Below are positions 1-9,146 of a stretch of 64,000 nucleotides of DNA, in pieces; position 1 is the stretch's first letter, and the number at the start of each line of letters is the position of its first letter. The notes under the pieces were generated by a model. The model saw nothing but the letters and a program-made list of their open reading frames with translations, made no database searches and was not told the DNA's origin. The stretch is from Minisyncoccota bacterium (GTDB lineage: Bacteria; Patescibacteriota; Minisyncoccia; Phycocordibacterales; Phycocordibacteraceae), in NCBI GenBank assembly GCA_035627595.1, contig DASPLK010000001.1, forward strand, positions 69,619-133,618, written 5' to 3'. The translations under genes and the position numbers were made by a program.

Positions 1-112
1 GTTCGAAACACCTGCAGAAATTCGGGATTCAATAGCACACCTTTTGCGTGAGCATCAGAAAGAGATAAAGGATAATTGGGCGCGTTGAGGTTTGTGATAC
101 TCTGATTTTGAT

Positions 113-670
113 ATGGCAGGACACAGTAAATGGGCTCAGATAAAGCGCGCAAAGGCGGTAACCGACCAGGCACGCTCTAAGACGTTCGGCCGCCTCGCGC
201 GTGTTATCACCCTTGAATCCAAGAAAGCGGCGGGCAACCTCTCCTCCCCCTCCCTCCAGTCGGCAATCCAGCGCGCAAAGGAGGCAAATATGCCTAAGGA
301 CAATATCGAACGCGCGATCGCCAAGGGCACATCCAAAGAAGCCAGTGATCTTGAGACGGTTACGTACGAATGCTACGGCCCGGGCGGCAGCGCCTTAATT
401 GCGACTGCAGTGACCGACAACCGGAACCGCACTACCCAGGAGATAAAGCACCTTCTTTCTAAGAACGGGTATGAGCTCGCAGCTCCTGGTTCCGCGATGT
501 GGGCGTTCACAAAGTCACCAGACGGCTCTTTCTCTCCCAACGAACCTCTAGTCGACCTTACCAGCGAGGATGAGCAAAAGCTATTCGAGCTCCTTGACCT
601 GTTTGACGAGCACGACGATGTACAAGACACGTATACAAACGTGCGCGGTTATGAGGATTCTCGCGATTGA
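113..670 (+). CDS. yebC: YebC/PmpR-family transcriptional regulator (short form, 185 aa)
   Basis: N-terminus MAGHSKWAQIKRAKAVTDQARSKTFGRL and overall YebC family pattern; TGTGATACT extended -10 about 14 nt upstream of the ATG. Confidence 0.8.
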   Translation: MAGHSKWAQIKRAKAVTDQARSKTFGRLARVITLESKKAAGNLSSPSLQSAIQRAKEANMPKDNIERAIAKGTSKEASDLETVTYECYGPGGSALIATAVTDNRNRTTQEIKHLLSKNGYELAAPGSAMWAFTKSPDGSFSPNEPLVDLTSEDEQKLFELLDLFDEHDDVQDTYTNVRGYEDSRD

Positions 671-1127
671 CCCAGGGTTTGATCGCATGGGCGTCGCGGT
701 ACTTGAGGGTGATCCGAGTAGACCGACATATGTATGGAGCACATGTGTGACGCCGCCAAAAGGCGAACCGTCTGAGCGTCTCGCAGTTGTGCAAAGTGCG
801 GTTGAAGCAGCGATCGTAGAATACGCCCCTGATGCGCTCGCAATTGAATCTCTATTCTTTAGCGTGAATAAGAAGTCAGCGCTTGGCGTTGCAGAAGCTC
901 GCGGCGCGGTCCTTGCCGCAGCGGGAAAGGCATCACTTCTTGTGCGAGAGTATTCCCCGCAGCAAGTGAAGTTAGCAGTCACTGGGTATGGCGCGGCGGA
1001 TAAGAGCGCGGTTATGCAAATGGTTCCGCGACTCCTCACTCTCCCACCAGGCCCCAGACTTGATGACGAGCTTGATGCCATTGCGCTTGGGATAGCCGCA
1101 CTTGCCGGACGCTATCCCCAAGGTTAG
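651..1127 (+). CDS. ruvC: Holliday junction resolvase RuvC
   Basis: MRILAIDPGFDRMGVAVLEG... with RuvC catalytic-acid context; ATG at 651 overlaps the yebC end; the track ORF at 570 is an upstream extension. Confidence 0.8.
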   Translation: MRILAIDPGFDRMGVAVLEGDPSRPTYVWSTCVTPPKGEPSERLAVVQSAVEAAIVEYAPDALAIESLFFSVNKKSALGVAEARGAVLAAAGKASLLVREYSPQQVKLAVTGYGAADKSAVMQMVPRLLTLPPGPRLDDELDAIALGIAALAGRYPQG

Positions 1128-1219
1128 CTATCCACTATTGCAAAGAGGATGCCATCTGCTCAAATAGAGGAGCTCAGAGCCTGCGGCCGCGAGTATGAAT
1201 AAGCTTATTTTCTTGGTTC

Positions 1220-1366
1220 ATGATCTACGACGACATGGATATTCGTGATGAAGAGGTGGGCGTTTCCGCCGATGATGAGATGGACGAGGAGGACACTGCA
1301 GATGACGAGACTGAGGCAGAAGATGTTCTCTTCCCTGTTGAGGACGACGAGGAAGAGACCCTCTAG
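1220..1366 (+). CDS. small, highly acidic hypothetical protein (48 aa, about 50% D/E)
   Basis: ATG at 1220, ORF MIYDDMDIRDEEVGVSADDEMDEEDTADDETEAEDVLFPVEDDEEETL, stop at 1364-1366; absent from the ORF track (<60 aa); followed by a hairpin at 1377-1398. Confidence 0.25.
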   Translation: MIYDDMDIRDEEVGVSADDEMDEEDTADDETEAEDVLFPVEDDEEETL

Positions 1367-1376
1367 ATAATGAAGC

Positions 1377-1398
1377 GGCCCGCATCTGCGGGCCGCTT
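1377..1398 (+). terminator. GC-rich hairpin GCGGCCCGCA-tctg-CGGGCCGC followed by TTTCGTG
   Basis: perfect 9-10 bp inverted repeat directly after the small acidic ORF; it sits inside the 5' extension of the track PBP ORF, which argues for the PBP start at 1409 or 1427. Confidence 0.4.
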
Positions 1399-1408
1399 TC
1401 GTGATACG

Positions 1409-3670
1409 ATGTCTATAAAGCACCCTATGCCTCGTAAGAAGAAGCTATTTAAGGACCTTTCGGTGTTTCTGAACGACCCGCATCCGCTCATGCGTGCGGG
1501 CTACATTCTCGGCGGCATCGGCCTTCTCTTCGTTGGCCTCACCATCCTGTGGATCGCGTTCGCACCGGCACCCGATTTTGAATCCTTCCTAAATCGAAAG
1601 ATCGCACTTTCGACAAAGATTTACGATAGTACCGGAGAAGTTGTCCTATACGACCTCAATACTGACATTCGTCGCACGACCGTTCCCCTTTCCAGCATCT
1701 CTCCCTATATTCAGAAGGCGGCGATAGCTATTGAGGATGATAAGTTCTACGAGCACAGCGGAGTGCGTCCAATCTCCCTTATTCGCGCGATGCTTGCAAA
1801 CATACAGGCTGGCGAATTCGCGCAAGGCGGCTCAACCATCACCCAACAGGTAGTGAAGTTGACCGTGCTCACCGGCGAGAAGAGCATCGTAAGAAAGGTG
1901 CACGAGTGGTTCCTCGCGTGGAAACTTGAGAGTAAGTACACCAAGGATCAGATTTTGGAGATGTACCTCAACGACGCACCGTACGGCGGCACACTTTATG
2001 GCGCTGAAGCGGCTTCCCGTGCCTTCTTCGGCACCTCTGCAAGCGAACTTACTTTGGCAGAAGCCGCGTACCTTGCAGCTATTCCCCAGCGCCCAACGTA
2101 CTTCTCTCCATACGGCAACAATCGCGAGGATCTTGATGCGCGCAAAAACCTTGTTCTCGATCGCATGCTCGCGCTTGGCTACATTACGAACGAGCAGTAT
2201 GAGGAGGCGAAGAATGAAGTGGTTGCTTTCAATCCAATGCAAAACGGCTCTATTATCGCGCCACACTTCGTGTTCTATATCCGCCAGCAGCTTGAGGAAA
2301 AGTATGGTGCGGATGTGGTCACACAAGGACTTAAAGTTGTGACCACTCTTGATGCAGAGCTGCAGCACACTGCGGAATCTATTGTGTATCAGTACGCGCT
2401 TGAGAATGAGAGGCGCTTCAATGCATCGAACGCTGCTCTGGTTGCGATAGACCCGAAGACCGGATACATCCGCGCCATGGTGGGCTCACGTAATTATTTT
2501 GACCCAAACATACAAGGCAACTTCAATGTTGCGGTTGCCGCTCGTCAGCCTGGCTCAGCGTTTAAGCCGTTCGTATACGCAGCTGCGCTTGAGAAGGGCT
2601 TTACGCCGCAGACCATCATCTTTGATACACCGACCCAGTTCTCTACCGCGTGTGCACCATCGGACGTCTTTAATCACTCCACGCCGTGCTACGCACCAGG
2701 TAACTACGACGATAGGTTCCGTGGTCCGATGACGTTCACGACCGCGCTCGCGCAGTCGATCAACGTCCCCGCAGTGAAGACGATGTACCTCGCGGGTATC
2801 GATAATGTGCTCAATCTCGCGCAGCGTGCTGGTATTACTACACTTAACTTGCGTGAGGATGAGAAATCCTTAGCACTAGCGCTTGGTGCAGGCGAGGTGC
2901 GCCTTCTTGATCTTACGAACGCGTTCGCGACATTCGCAAACGATGGTGTATATAACAAAGCGACCGGTATCCTTCGCGTCGAGGATGTGAAGGGTAAGGT
3001 GCTTGAGGAGTATGAGGCTGACCCTCAACAGGCGCTTGATGCTGGCGTTGCTCGTGATGTTTCCTGGATGCTTTCCAATAATGAGGCACGTCAGCCGCAG
3101 TACCCCCCTAATAACCCGTTCTACTTCCCTGGTTATGATGTTGCTGCTAAGACGGGTACTACCAATGAGTACCGCGATGTGTGGACTGTAGGGTACACGC
3201 CCTCAATCGCAATTGGCGTCTGGGCCGGCAATAACGACAACAGTGCAATGGTCCGCGAGACTGCCGGGTACGTGGTCGCCCCAATGTGGAACGCGATCAT
3301 GCAGCAAGCGCTTGCCACATACCCACAGGAATTCTTCGGAGAGCCGCGCGGCATCCCGGAGAATGCTCCCCCTGCCCTTCGCGGGCAGCATTATGACGCG
3401 AGCGGTGCTCATGACATCCTCCACTACGTAAATAAAGACAATCCACTTGGAGGCGGCACCTCGCAGGGTGATGGACAGTATCCATATTGGGAGTACTCCG
3501 TACGCTCCTGGGGCGCGCCACAACCAACAGCAACTACTACTCCAGGTCTCATCTACGAAATCATTCCACCAGAGATTCTACGCACCCTTCCTGGATACGA
3601 AGACGGATTCCAGACCCCTCCCTCTGAGGACGATTCCGAAGAGAACACTAACGAATCTCGCGAAGAGTAA
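1409..3670 (+). CDS. mrcA: bifunctional class A penicillin-binding protein (transglycosylase GT51 plus transpeptidase), PBP1A-like
   Basis: GT51 motifs EDDKFYEHSGV and QGGSTITQQ; transpeptidase SAFKPF and KTGTT; N-terminal TM helix; ATG at 1409 (alternative 1427). Confidence 0.85.
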   Translation: MSIKHPMPRKKKLFKDLSVFLNDPHPLMRAGYILGGIGLLFVGLTILWIAFAPAPDFESFLNRKIALSTKIYDSTGEVVLYDLNTDIRRTTVPLSSISPYIQKAAIAIEDDKFYEHSGVRPISLIRAMLANIQAGEFAQGGSTITQQVVKLTVLTGEKSIVRKVHEWFLAWKLESKYTKDQILEMYLNDAPYGGTLYGAEAASRAFFGTSASELTLAEAAYLAAIPQRPTYFSPYGNNREDLDARKNLVLDRMLALGYITNEQYEEAKNEVVAFNPMQNGSIIAPHFVFYIRQQLEEKYGADVVTQGLKVVTTLDAELQHTAESIVYQYALENERRFNASNAALVAIDPKTGYIRAMVGSRNYFDPNIQGNFNVAVAARQPGSAFKPFVYAAALEKGFTPQTIIFDTPTQFSTACAPSDVFNHSTPCYAPGNYDDRFRGPMTFTTALAQSINVPAVKTMYLAGIDNVLNLAQRAGITTLNLREDEKSLALALGAGEVRLLDLTNAFATFANDGVYNKATGILRVEDVKGKVLEEYEADPQQALDAGVARDVSWMLSNNEARQPQYPPNNPFYFPGYDVAAKTGTTNEYRDVWTVGYTPSIAIGVWAGNNDNSAMVRETAGYVVAPMWNAIMQQALATYPQEFFGEPRGIPENAPPALRGQHYDASGAHDILHYVNKDNPLGGGTSQGDGQYPYWEYSVRSWGAPQPTATTTPGLIYEIIPPEILRTLPGYEDGFQTPPSEDDSEENTNESREE

Positions 3671-3899
3671 TACCCTCCCTTTCCAGGAGGGTTTTTGCTT
3701 CCTCAAACTTTATTACGAGAGCTGATTTCATTACTGGCGGCACAGCGAGCGATATCGCTCCATCTGTATAGCGAACCTGCTTAGAGGTTATTGGCACTCC
3801 GAGTACGCGTGTGAGAGCCTCCGCACATGCCCTACGCACCTCCGCCTCTTTAACGCCTGGTATTCGATGTGTTTTGAGTAGTTCGCTGAGAGATTTCAT
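3648..3899 (-). CDS. DUF721/DciA-like small protein downstream of dnaN (candidate helicase-loader antecedent)
   Basis: 83 aa, pattern ...VLGVPITSKQVRYTDGAISLAVPPVMKSALVIKFEEAKTLLE typical of DUF721; position immediately 3' of dnaN. Confidence 0.45.
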   Translation of the reverse strand: MKSLSELLKTHRIPGVKEAEVRRACAEALTRVLGVPITSKQVRYTDGAISLAVPPVMKSALVIKFEEAKTLLEREGITLREIR

Positions 3900-3902
3900 G
3901 CG

Positions 3903-5003
3903 CTACTGATTCATTGGCATCACAAGATATAGGAAGGACGCGTCTCCAGATCCGCGCATGACCAAAGGGCGGCCGATACCTGACGCTGAGAGAGTAAGAC
4001 TCTCGGCAGTAATCAGCGGGAGAGGAGCTGAGAGGTATCGATGGTTAAAGGAGAGCTCGATAGTGTCTCCGACAACTGACGCGGGGATAGATTCTGAAGT
4101 CTCACCAATATCATTGTTGCGTGCAGTAAGTGCTACCTGCTTCTCTTTAGAAGAAACTGAGAGGCGCACTTTTTGAAAAGTATCGGAGAAGATGGCAGTA
4201 CGGCGGAGTGCTGATTCAAGATCCTTACGGAGAAGTGTTGCCTCTGAAACGAATGCTTTAGGGATGATTTGTGCGTAATCAGGGTATGAGAGCGTAACAA
4301 GACGGGTTGTCACCATGCCAGAAGCCCAAGAAAACGCACATTGGTGCTCATCAACAAGCACTTCTACCGCATCATCTGGAAGCGTCTGAATGATGTCTAT
4401 AGCGTTCTTTGCTGGAATGAGTATGGAGAACGGATCCATCTTGCCGGAAACGGACAACTTTTTCTCCGCGAGGCGGAAGGAGTCGGTCGCGACCGCCTTA
4501 AGCGTACCCCCTTCAAATGAGAGCAGAATACTCGCGAGCTCAGGTCGAACAGTTGATGGAGATGCGCAGGACGCGACTGAGGTTACGAGAGATACCAGAG
4601 ATGCTCCTGGAAGCGAGAATTTGGCCTTAGGAGACTCAGGAAACGGGAGGGTGGGAAAATCCTCGAATGGAAGGGTCTTCATTTGGCTACGGCCCATCTG
4701 GGAGGTAATGACGACTGTCTCTCCCCCATACTCAAGAGACACAGTGCCTCCCCCAGTAAACGAGGAGGTCATCTCCCGAAGCGTGGCGGCTGGAAGCACA
4801 ACGACACCAGGCGCTTTGATATCGCCTGCGACTTTATAGTCGATACCAGTCTCAAGGTTAGTTGCACGTAGCTTTATACCGTCGTCGCCTGCGACTATGG
4901 CGATGCCGGAGAGAACTGGGAGTGTTGCTGAACGCCGTTCTGCGAACCTGGCGACTGCGCCCACGGCTTGGGCTAGTTCTTTCTTATCTACAGTTATGAT
5001 CAT
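3903..5003 (-). CDS. dnaN: DNA polymerase III beta sliding clamp
   Basis: 366 aa; N-terminus MIITVDKKELAQAVGAVARFAERRSATLPVLSGIAIVAGDDGIKLRATNLETGI; classic dnaA-dnaN synteny. Confidence 0.9.
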   Translation of the reverse strand: MIITVDKKELAQAVGAVARFAERRSATLPVLSGIAIVAGDDGIKLRATNLETGIDYKVAGDIKAPGVVVLPAATLREMTSSFTGGGTVSLEYGGETVVITSQMGRSQMKTLPFEDFPTLPFPESPKAKFSLPGASLVSLVTSVASCASPSTVRPELASILLSFEGGTLKAVATDSFRLAEKKLSVSGKMDPFSILIPAKNAIDIIQTLPDDAVEVLVDEHQCAFSWASGMVTTRLVTLSYPDYAQIIPKAFVSEATLLRKDLESALRRTAIFSDTFQKVRLSVSSKEKQVALTARNNDIGETSESIPASVVGDTIELSFNHRYLSAPLPLITAESLTLSASGIGRPLVMRGSGDASFLYLVMPMNQ

Positions 5004-5019
5004 ATGCCGCTCATTATTA

Positions 5020-5220
5020 TTAGCCGTGTGGATAGGGGGATAAGTCCCGTATACCTACAGTATACGCCCTTTTTGGAAGTCTGCCTGAAAGTAGAAGGTG
5101 TGGGGTACTGGCGGTGGAAATACCCTTGAAACGGGGATAGCTTTAAGGCCGTATATGGAGATGGGGAGAACTTAGATAGTTCTCCCCATGTTCCTATACC
5201 TGGTTTCCCACACCTATCCA
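5020..5220. promoter_or_regulatory. dnaN-dnaA intergenic region with DnaA-box-like 9-mers and a 9-bp-stem hairpin (candidate oriC part)
   Basis: TGTGGATAG at about 5026-5034; GGGATAAGT (rc TTATCC-) at about 5036-5044; CTATCCACA at about 5207-5216; hairpin GGGGAGAAC-ttagata-GTTCTCCCC at 5163-5187. Confidence 0.4.
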
Positions 5221-5223
5221 CAG

Positions 5224-6570
5224 CTATACCAACAAGCTACGGATATCTTGGATCTCTTTTGCAAGCTCCGCGTCGCTCACTATCTCACGCTTCACCTTCT
5301 CACAAGAGTGAATGACGGTTGTGTGGTCGCGGCCACCAAGCTTCGTGCCGATTGTTGGATAAGAGACAGAGAAATCCTCGCGGAGAATATACATAATCAC
5401 CTGCCGCGGCCTGACCACTTCCCTTCTGCGAGTCTTCTCATAGATACTTTCCTCATCAATGCCGTAGAACTCTGCGACTTTAGACACCACATGTTTTACC
5501 GAAACAGTCTTCGTTGGGCGTGAGAATGAGCGTAAGGACTGCTTCACCTCCGCAATATCCGGTGGCACTCCCTTTACCTGCGTGTGACAGACAATGGAGT
5601 TGATAACTCCCTCGAGCTCACGGATGTTGCCTGAAATAGAAGTCGCCACGAACTCCACCACCTCGTCAGAGAGCGTCACTCCGTTAGCCGCAGCCTTTTT
5701 ACGCACTATGGCCATACGGCTTTCAGTATCTGGCTCACTAATATCAACCGTCATGCCGGCCAAGAATCGGCCTTTGAGACGTTCAGCGATATCTGGAATA
5801 GATGCGGGCGCGCGGTCAGAGGAGAAGATGATCTGCTTATTGTTGTCGTGGAGTGTGTTGAATAGGTGGAATACCTCCTCTTGGGTCTTCTCCCGCTTAG
5901 CGAAGAACTGCACATCATCCATGATCAAAAGGTCGTAGTGCCTATACTTCTCTTTGAATCTGTTTGCGGTGCCGTTTTGAATAGCGTCCGTGTACTCATT
6001 ACCAAACTGCTCTGAGGAGAGATAGTAGACCTTACGGGTCGGGTACATCTTCTTAAACTGGTTCCCTATCGCCTGGATGAGGTGTGTTTTACCGCGTCCG
6101 GTCTCGCCGTAGATAAAGAGTGGATTGTAGAGAATGCCAGGATTCTTTATAGCTGCTTGTGCCGCTGCGTGCGCAAGCTCATTGAAGGATCCCACCACAA
6201 ACGTGTCGAAGGTGTAGCGAGGATTGAGATTGTCACTCTTATTCTTATAGAAATCGTTCAAAGGGAGCTCCACGGTAGGCTGCGGACGCTTCACCTCCTT
6301 AGGCTTCCGGGCGATATCCTTAACGATGTCGTACTCAACGTTGCGGTACTCATAAGAAACACCGCGGACTATCTTCAAAAGGAGTGTATGGAACTTCTTA
6401 AGGTACCAATCGCGATAGAATTGGCTCGGAACACCAATATGCACGACATTGTCCTCTATCTTTACGATCGAGCTGTCGCGGAACCAGGTATTGAAGTTAG
6501 CGGGAGAAATGGAAAGCTCGACCTGCGATAGAACATATTCCCAAAGTTCATGCGGATCTGACTTATTCAT
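5224..6570 (-). CDS. dnaA: chromosomal replication initiator DnaA
   Basis: 448 aa; Walker A GETGRGKTHL, AAA+ box, C-terminal DNA-binding domain (VIMYILREDF..., KLGGRDHTTVIH). Confidence 0.95.
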   Translation of the reverse strand: MNKSDPHELWEYVLSQVELSISPANFNTWFRDSSIVKIEDNVVHIGVPSQFYRDWYLKKFHTLLLKIVRGVSYEYRNVEYDIVKDIARKPKEVKRPQPTVELPLNDFYKNKSDNLNPRYTFDTFVVGSFNELAHAAAQAAIKNPGILYNPLFIYGETGRGKTHLIQAIGNQFKKMYPTRKVYYLSSEQFGNEYTDAIQNGTANRFKEKYRHYDLLIMDDVQFFAKREKTQEEVFHLFNTLHDNNKQIIFSSDRAPASIPDIAERLKGRFLAGMTVDISEPDTESRMAIVRKKAAANGVTLSDEVVEFVATSISGNIRELEGVINSIVCHTQVKGVPPDIAEVKQSLRSFSRPTKTVSVKHVVSKVAEFYGIDEESIYEKTRRREVVRPRQVIMYILREDFSVSYPTIGTKLGGRDHTTVIHSCEKVKREIVSDAELAKEIQDIRSLLV

Positions 6571-6660
6571 CGTTGCCGTATTATACGCGCCCAGGGAAAA
6601 GGCGGAAGCGCCTAAAATCTTGCGTTTGGCAGGTCACCCTGGTACTATCCTGTGGACAAC
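6571..6660. promoter_or_regulatory. divergent dnaA/rpmH promoter region with a DnaA-box-like site
   Basis: CTTGCG-17 bp-TACTAT promoter-like hexamers on the + strand at about 6619-6647, then TGTGGACAA (rc TTGTCCACA, 8/9 DnaA box) at about 6649-6657 overlapping the rpmH leader. Confidence 0.4.
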
Positions 6661-6798
6661 ATGCCTAAGCGCACCTATCAACCAAAGAAACGCAAGCGCG
6701 CGAAGACCCACGGGTTCCGCGCACGCTCCGCTACGCCATCCGGCCGCGCGGTCTTGCTGCGCCGCCGCCGAAAGGGCCGCGCAGAGCTCGCGGTATAA
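6661..6798 (+). CDS. rpmH: 50S ribosomal protein L34
   Basis: [45 protein letters not shown]; not in the ORF track (46 aa). Confidence 0.85.
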   Translation: MPKRTYQPKKRKRAKTHGFRARSATPSGRAVLLRRRRKGRAELAV

Positions 6799-6799
6799 C

Positions 6800-7126
6800 A
6801 TGATCCCACGCCGTCTGCGTCTCTCCAGGAAGGATTTCGAGAGTGTCGTAAGCGGAAAGGAGCTGATGCGGGCTGTGAGCCCGCATTTCTCCATTTCCTA
6901 TGGCTCCTCCCCTGCCAAAGGCGGGTGTGGGGTCGTAGTATCCAAGAAGGTGGAGCGCAGCTCCGTAAAGCGGCATTTATTGAAGCGTCGCATCCGTGAA
7001 GTGTTGAGGGAGTACTGCTCCACAGACCACATCTTCATTGTTTATGCGCGCCCAGGTGCCGAGACCCTCTCGTTTGCTGACCTTTCAGCAGAGCTCTCCG
7101 CTGAGTTAGAGCGCATACGCGCATAA
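6800..7126 (+). CDS. rnpA: RNase P protein component
   Basis: MIPRRLRLSRKDFESV... basic RnpA pattern directly after rpmH; the track ORF 6449..7126 is a composite 5' extension. Confidence 0.8.
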   Translation: MIPRRLRLSRKDFESVVSGKELMRAVSPHFSISYGSSPAKGGCGVVVSKKVERSSVKRHLLKRRIREVLREYCSTDHIFIVYARPGAETLSFADLSAELSAELERIRA

Positions 7127-7147
7127 TCTGGTACTCTTTTGAGCACT

Positions 7148-7894
7148 ATGCTCGACTTCTTCCACCAGATTCTATACGTACCGATCTATAACCTCCTTAT
7201 CTACCTTGTTGGCGTCCTACCAGGCGCCGATGTCGGTCTTGCGGTCGTTATTGTGACGCTCATCGTGAAAGCCGTAACCTTTCCCCTTTCTCTCTCTGCG
7301 GTTAAGACCCAGGCAGCAATGCGAAAGATAGAGCCAGAGCTTAAAGCGCTCCGTGAGGCCCATAAAGACGACAAACAGAAGCAGGCAGAGGAAATGTTCG
7401 CGCTCTATAAGAAGTACGGTATACGCCCATTTTCGAGCATTCTTCTTATGCTCATTCAAATTCCTGTCTTGATCACCCTCTTCCTCGTATTCCAGCGTGA
7501 ATCGATGGATGCAGTTAATCCTGAGATCCTCTATCCATTCGTTTCTGACCCAGGAGTGTTCTCCGCGCTCTTCCTCGGATTCTTCGTAATTGCAGGCCAC
7601 AACCTTATTCTTGCCGGCCTTGCTGCCATCACGCAATTCATTCAAGCCCGCTATGCTATTCCTCTCCCAGAGAAGAAGGTTCGTGATTACAGCAAGGGGC
7701 CTACAAAGGAGGAGATGGGTGCTGAGTTTGGACGCGCAATGGCTATACAAGCCCGCTTTGTGCTCCCTATTGTGGTTGGATTCGTGGCCTTCACCTCAGG
7801 CGCAGTCGCTCTCTACTTGATAACGAGTAACTTGGTAGCGCTACTGCAAGAGTTCATCGTTAGAACGTCAGGACTCAAAACAAAGACTGTATAA
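7148..7894 (+). CDS. yidC: membrane protein insertase YidC (short form)
   Basis: YidC/Oxa1 core TM pattern (IYNLLIYLVG..., KYGIRPFSSILLMLIQIPVLITLFLVF); the track start 7139 is TTG, the first ATG is at 7148; rpmH-rnpA-yidC synteny. Confidence 0.8.
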   Translation: MLDFFHQILYVPIYNLLIYLVGVLPGADVGLAVVIVTLIVKAVTFPLSLSAVKTQAAMRKIEPELKALREAHKDDKQKQAEEMFALYKKYGIRPFSSILLMLIQIPVLITLFLVFQRESMDAVNPEILYPFVSDPGVFSALFLGFFVIAGHNLILAGLAAITQFIQARYAIPLPEKKVRDYSKGPTKEEMGAEFGRAMAIQARFVLPIVVGFVAFTSGAVALYLITSNLVALLQEFIVRTSGLKTKTV

Positions 7895-7895
7895 C

Positions 7896-7921
7896 AAAAC
7901 GGCCCCAAACGGGGCCGTTTT
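7896..7921. terminator. bidirectional rho-independent terminator AAAACGGCCCC-aaac-GGGGCCGTTTT
   Basis: perfect 11 bp palindrome with flanking A/T runs between convergent yidC (+) and the 7923..9143 (-) gene. Confidence 0.6.
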
Positions 7922-7922
7922 G

Positions 7923-9143
7923 TTATAGATCGTATGCCCACAGAGAGCCGTCGAGGCGGTTTCTGAAAGTGAGCACATCATTCCTGCCGTCTGTCTTGAG
8001 GCCGGTCATATCTATCGTCGCTTCTCCTGAGGACGTCGGATCGATGAGGAGCGTTGCTACACGTCCATCCATATCAATACGCCAGAGGCGATCAGAGAAC
8101 GCCACAACTCCCTGGTACCATTCATCCGGGAGAGATCCTGTAATACCACGTGGTATGCCGCAGAAGATGGCGCGGCTGTCTGAGGACCAAGTACACTTCT
8201 CTGCAAGAGTCGCGATCGGGAGCGCTGTACTGTCCCCTGTCGCTCTATCAAGCACTGACATACGCAATGTGCGCCCATCCATGTGGGTATAAAGTACAAG
8301 GCTACCCGATGGACTCGGGAGTATGGAAAGACCGCGCAACGGACCGAGTATTCTTGTGAATGCACCGTTCGCACCCACTGTAAACGCATATCCATCTAAT
8401 GAGGCGGACGCTTTCGTATGTGCCATGTACGGGCCATCGGAAAGATGTACGGTGAGGCTCGCAAGCGGTGAGGAGAAGAGTGTGCGAGAGTTTGTGCCAT
8501 CTGCATTTGATACAGTCCCTACAGATCCTGAAGTCGATGGCATCAGAGTGAAGAGGGTCGTCGTTCCAATAACACTCGCCTGGGAAAGGCCGCGTTCGAG
8601 GAAATATCCTCCTTCCCCAGCAGCAGGAAGTGCATACGTCTCTACGCGGTCCTCCCCATCACTACCAGAAAGGAACCGTGCGTACGCGAGCGAGCCATCT
8701 GAAAGCCAAGATGCTTCCTGTATGCCTGGCAGAGTACGGTTGGCGATACGCTCTAGGGTTCGGTCGTAGAAGCGGTATGCATAGATGTTTCCACTTGCAC
8801 GGTCGATGTAACGGATCTCAACATCCCCTGGCAACGTTTCAGGTGTGCCACTAGCTGTTTCGGCTGGCACTACCTGAGACGGTAGGTCATATATAGCCAT
8901 GCCAAGTGCGACCGGGCTCTCCGTAATGCGAATGAGACGCGGTGCGACTTCCTCCCCTGCTGGAACAGGACCGGTAGCGCCCTCGGTAGGGTCTGACGGA
9001 AGCGGAACATCATCTGCTTCATCGAATGAGACCCCATCTGAAGTTGAAAGAGAAGGCTCCTTAGGGCCAAAGATCATGTAGACACCAAACCCGATACCAG
9101 CCAGGAAGATGATACTTGCGACGATAATTAGTGCGCGCTTCAT
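7923..9143 (-). CDS. membrane-anchored secreted protein, TolB/PD40-like beta-propeller repeats (hypothetical; last gene of the T4SS-like operon)
   Basis: N-terminal TM MKRALIIVASIIFLAGIGFGVYMIF; repeated W/SxDG...LAY/LVLY motifs; 3 bp from the upstream gene. Confidence 0.4.
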   Translation of the reverse strand: MKRALIIVASIIFLAGIGFGVYMIFGPKEPSLSTSDGVSFDEADDVPLPSDPTEGATGPVPAGEEVAPRLIRITESPVALGMAIYDLPSQVVPAETASGTPETLPGDVEIRYIDRASGNIYAYRFYDRTLERIANRTLPGIQEASWLSDGSLAYARFLSGSDGEDRVETYALPAAGEGGYFLERGLSQASVIGTTTLFTLMPSTSGSVGTVSNADGTNSRTLFSSPLASLTVHLSDGPYMAHTKASASLDGYAFTVGANGAFTRILGPLRGLSILPSPSGSLVLYTHMDGRTLRMSVLDRATGDSTALPIATLAEKCTWSSDSRAIFCGIPRGITGSLPDEWYQGVVAFSDRLWRIDMDGRVATLLIDPTSSGEATIDMTGLKTDGRNDVLTFRNRLDGSLWAYDL

Positions 9144-9146
9144 ACG

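Noticed and set aside
581-1081. 166-aa minus-strand ORF antisense to ruvC. Similar long antisense ORFs include 1832..2368, 17645..18280, 42357..43046, 53936..54934 and 59951..60817.
   Set aside because: These are shadow ORFs opposite well-supported genes in a GC-rich sequence. Their products are low-complexity and Arg/Ser/Pro-rich with no motifs, and the sense-strand genes have clear family signatures.
1205-1423. 72-aa minus-strand ORF between ruvC and the PBP gene.
   Set aside because: It is hydrophobic and low-complexity, and it overlaps the better-supported plus-strand acidic ORF and terminator hairpin. I judged it an antisense artefact.
6449-7126. 225-aa track ORF spanning the dnaA promoter region, rpmH (in another frame) and rnpA.
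   Set aside because: It is a composite. The real genes are rpmH (6661-6798, frame 1) and rnpA (6800-7126). The 5' 350 nt of the ORF encodes junk over the promoter and rpmH.
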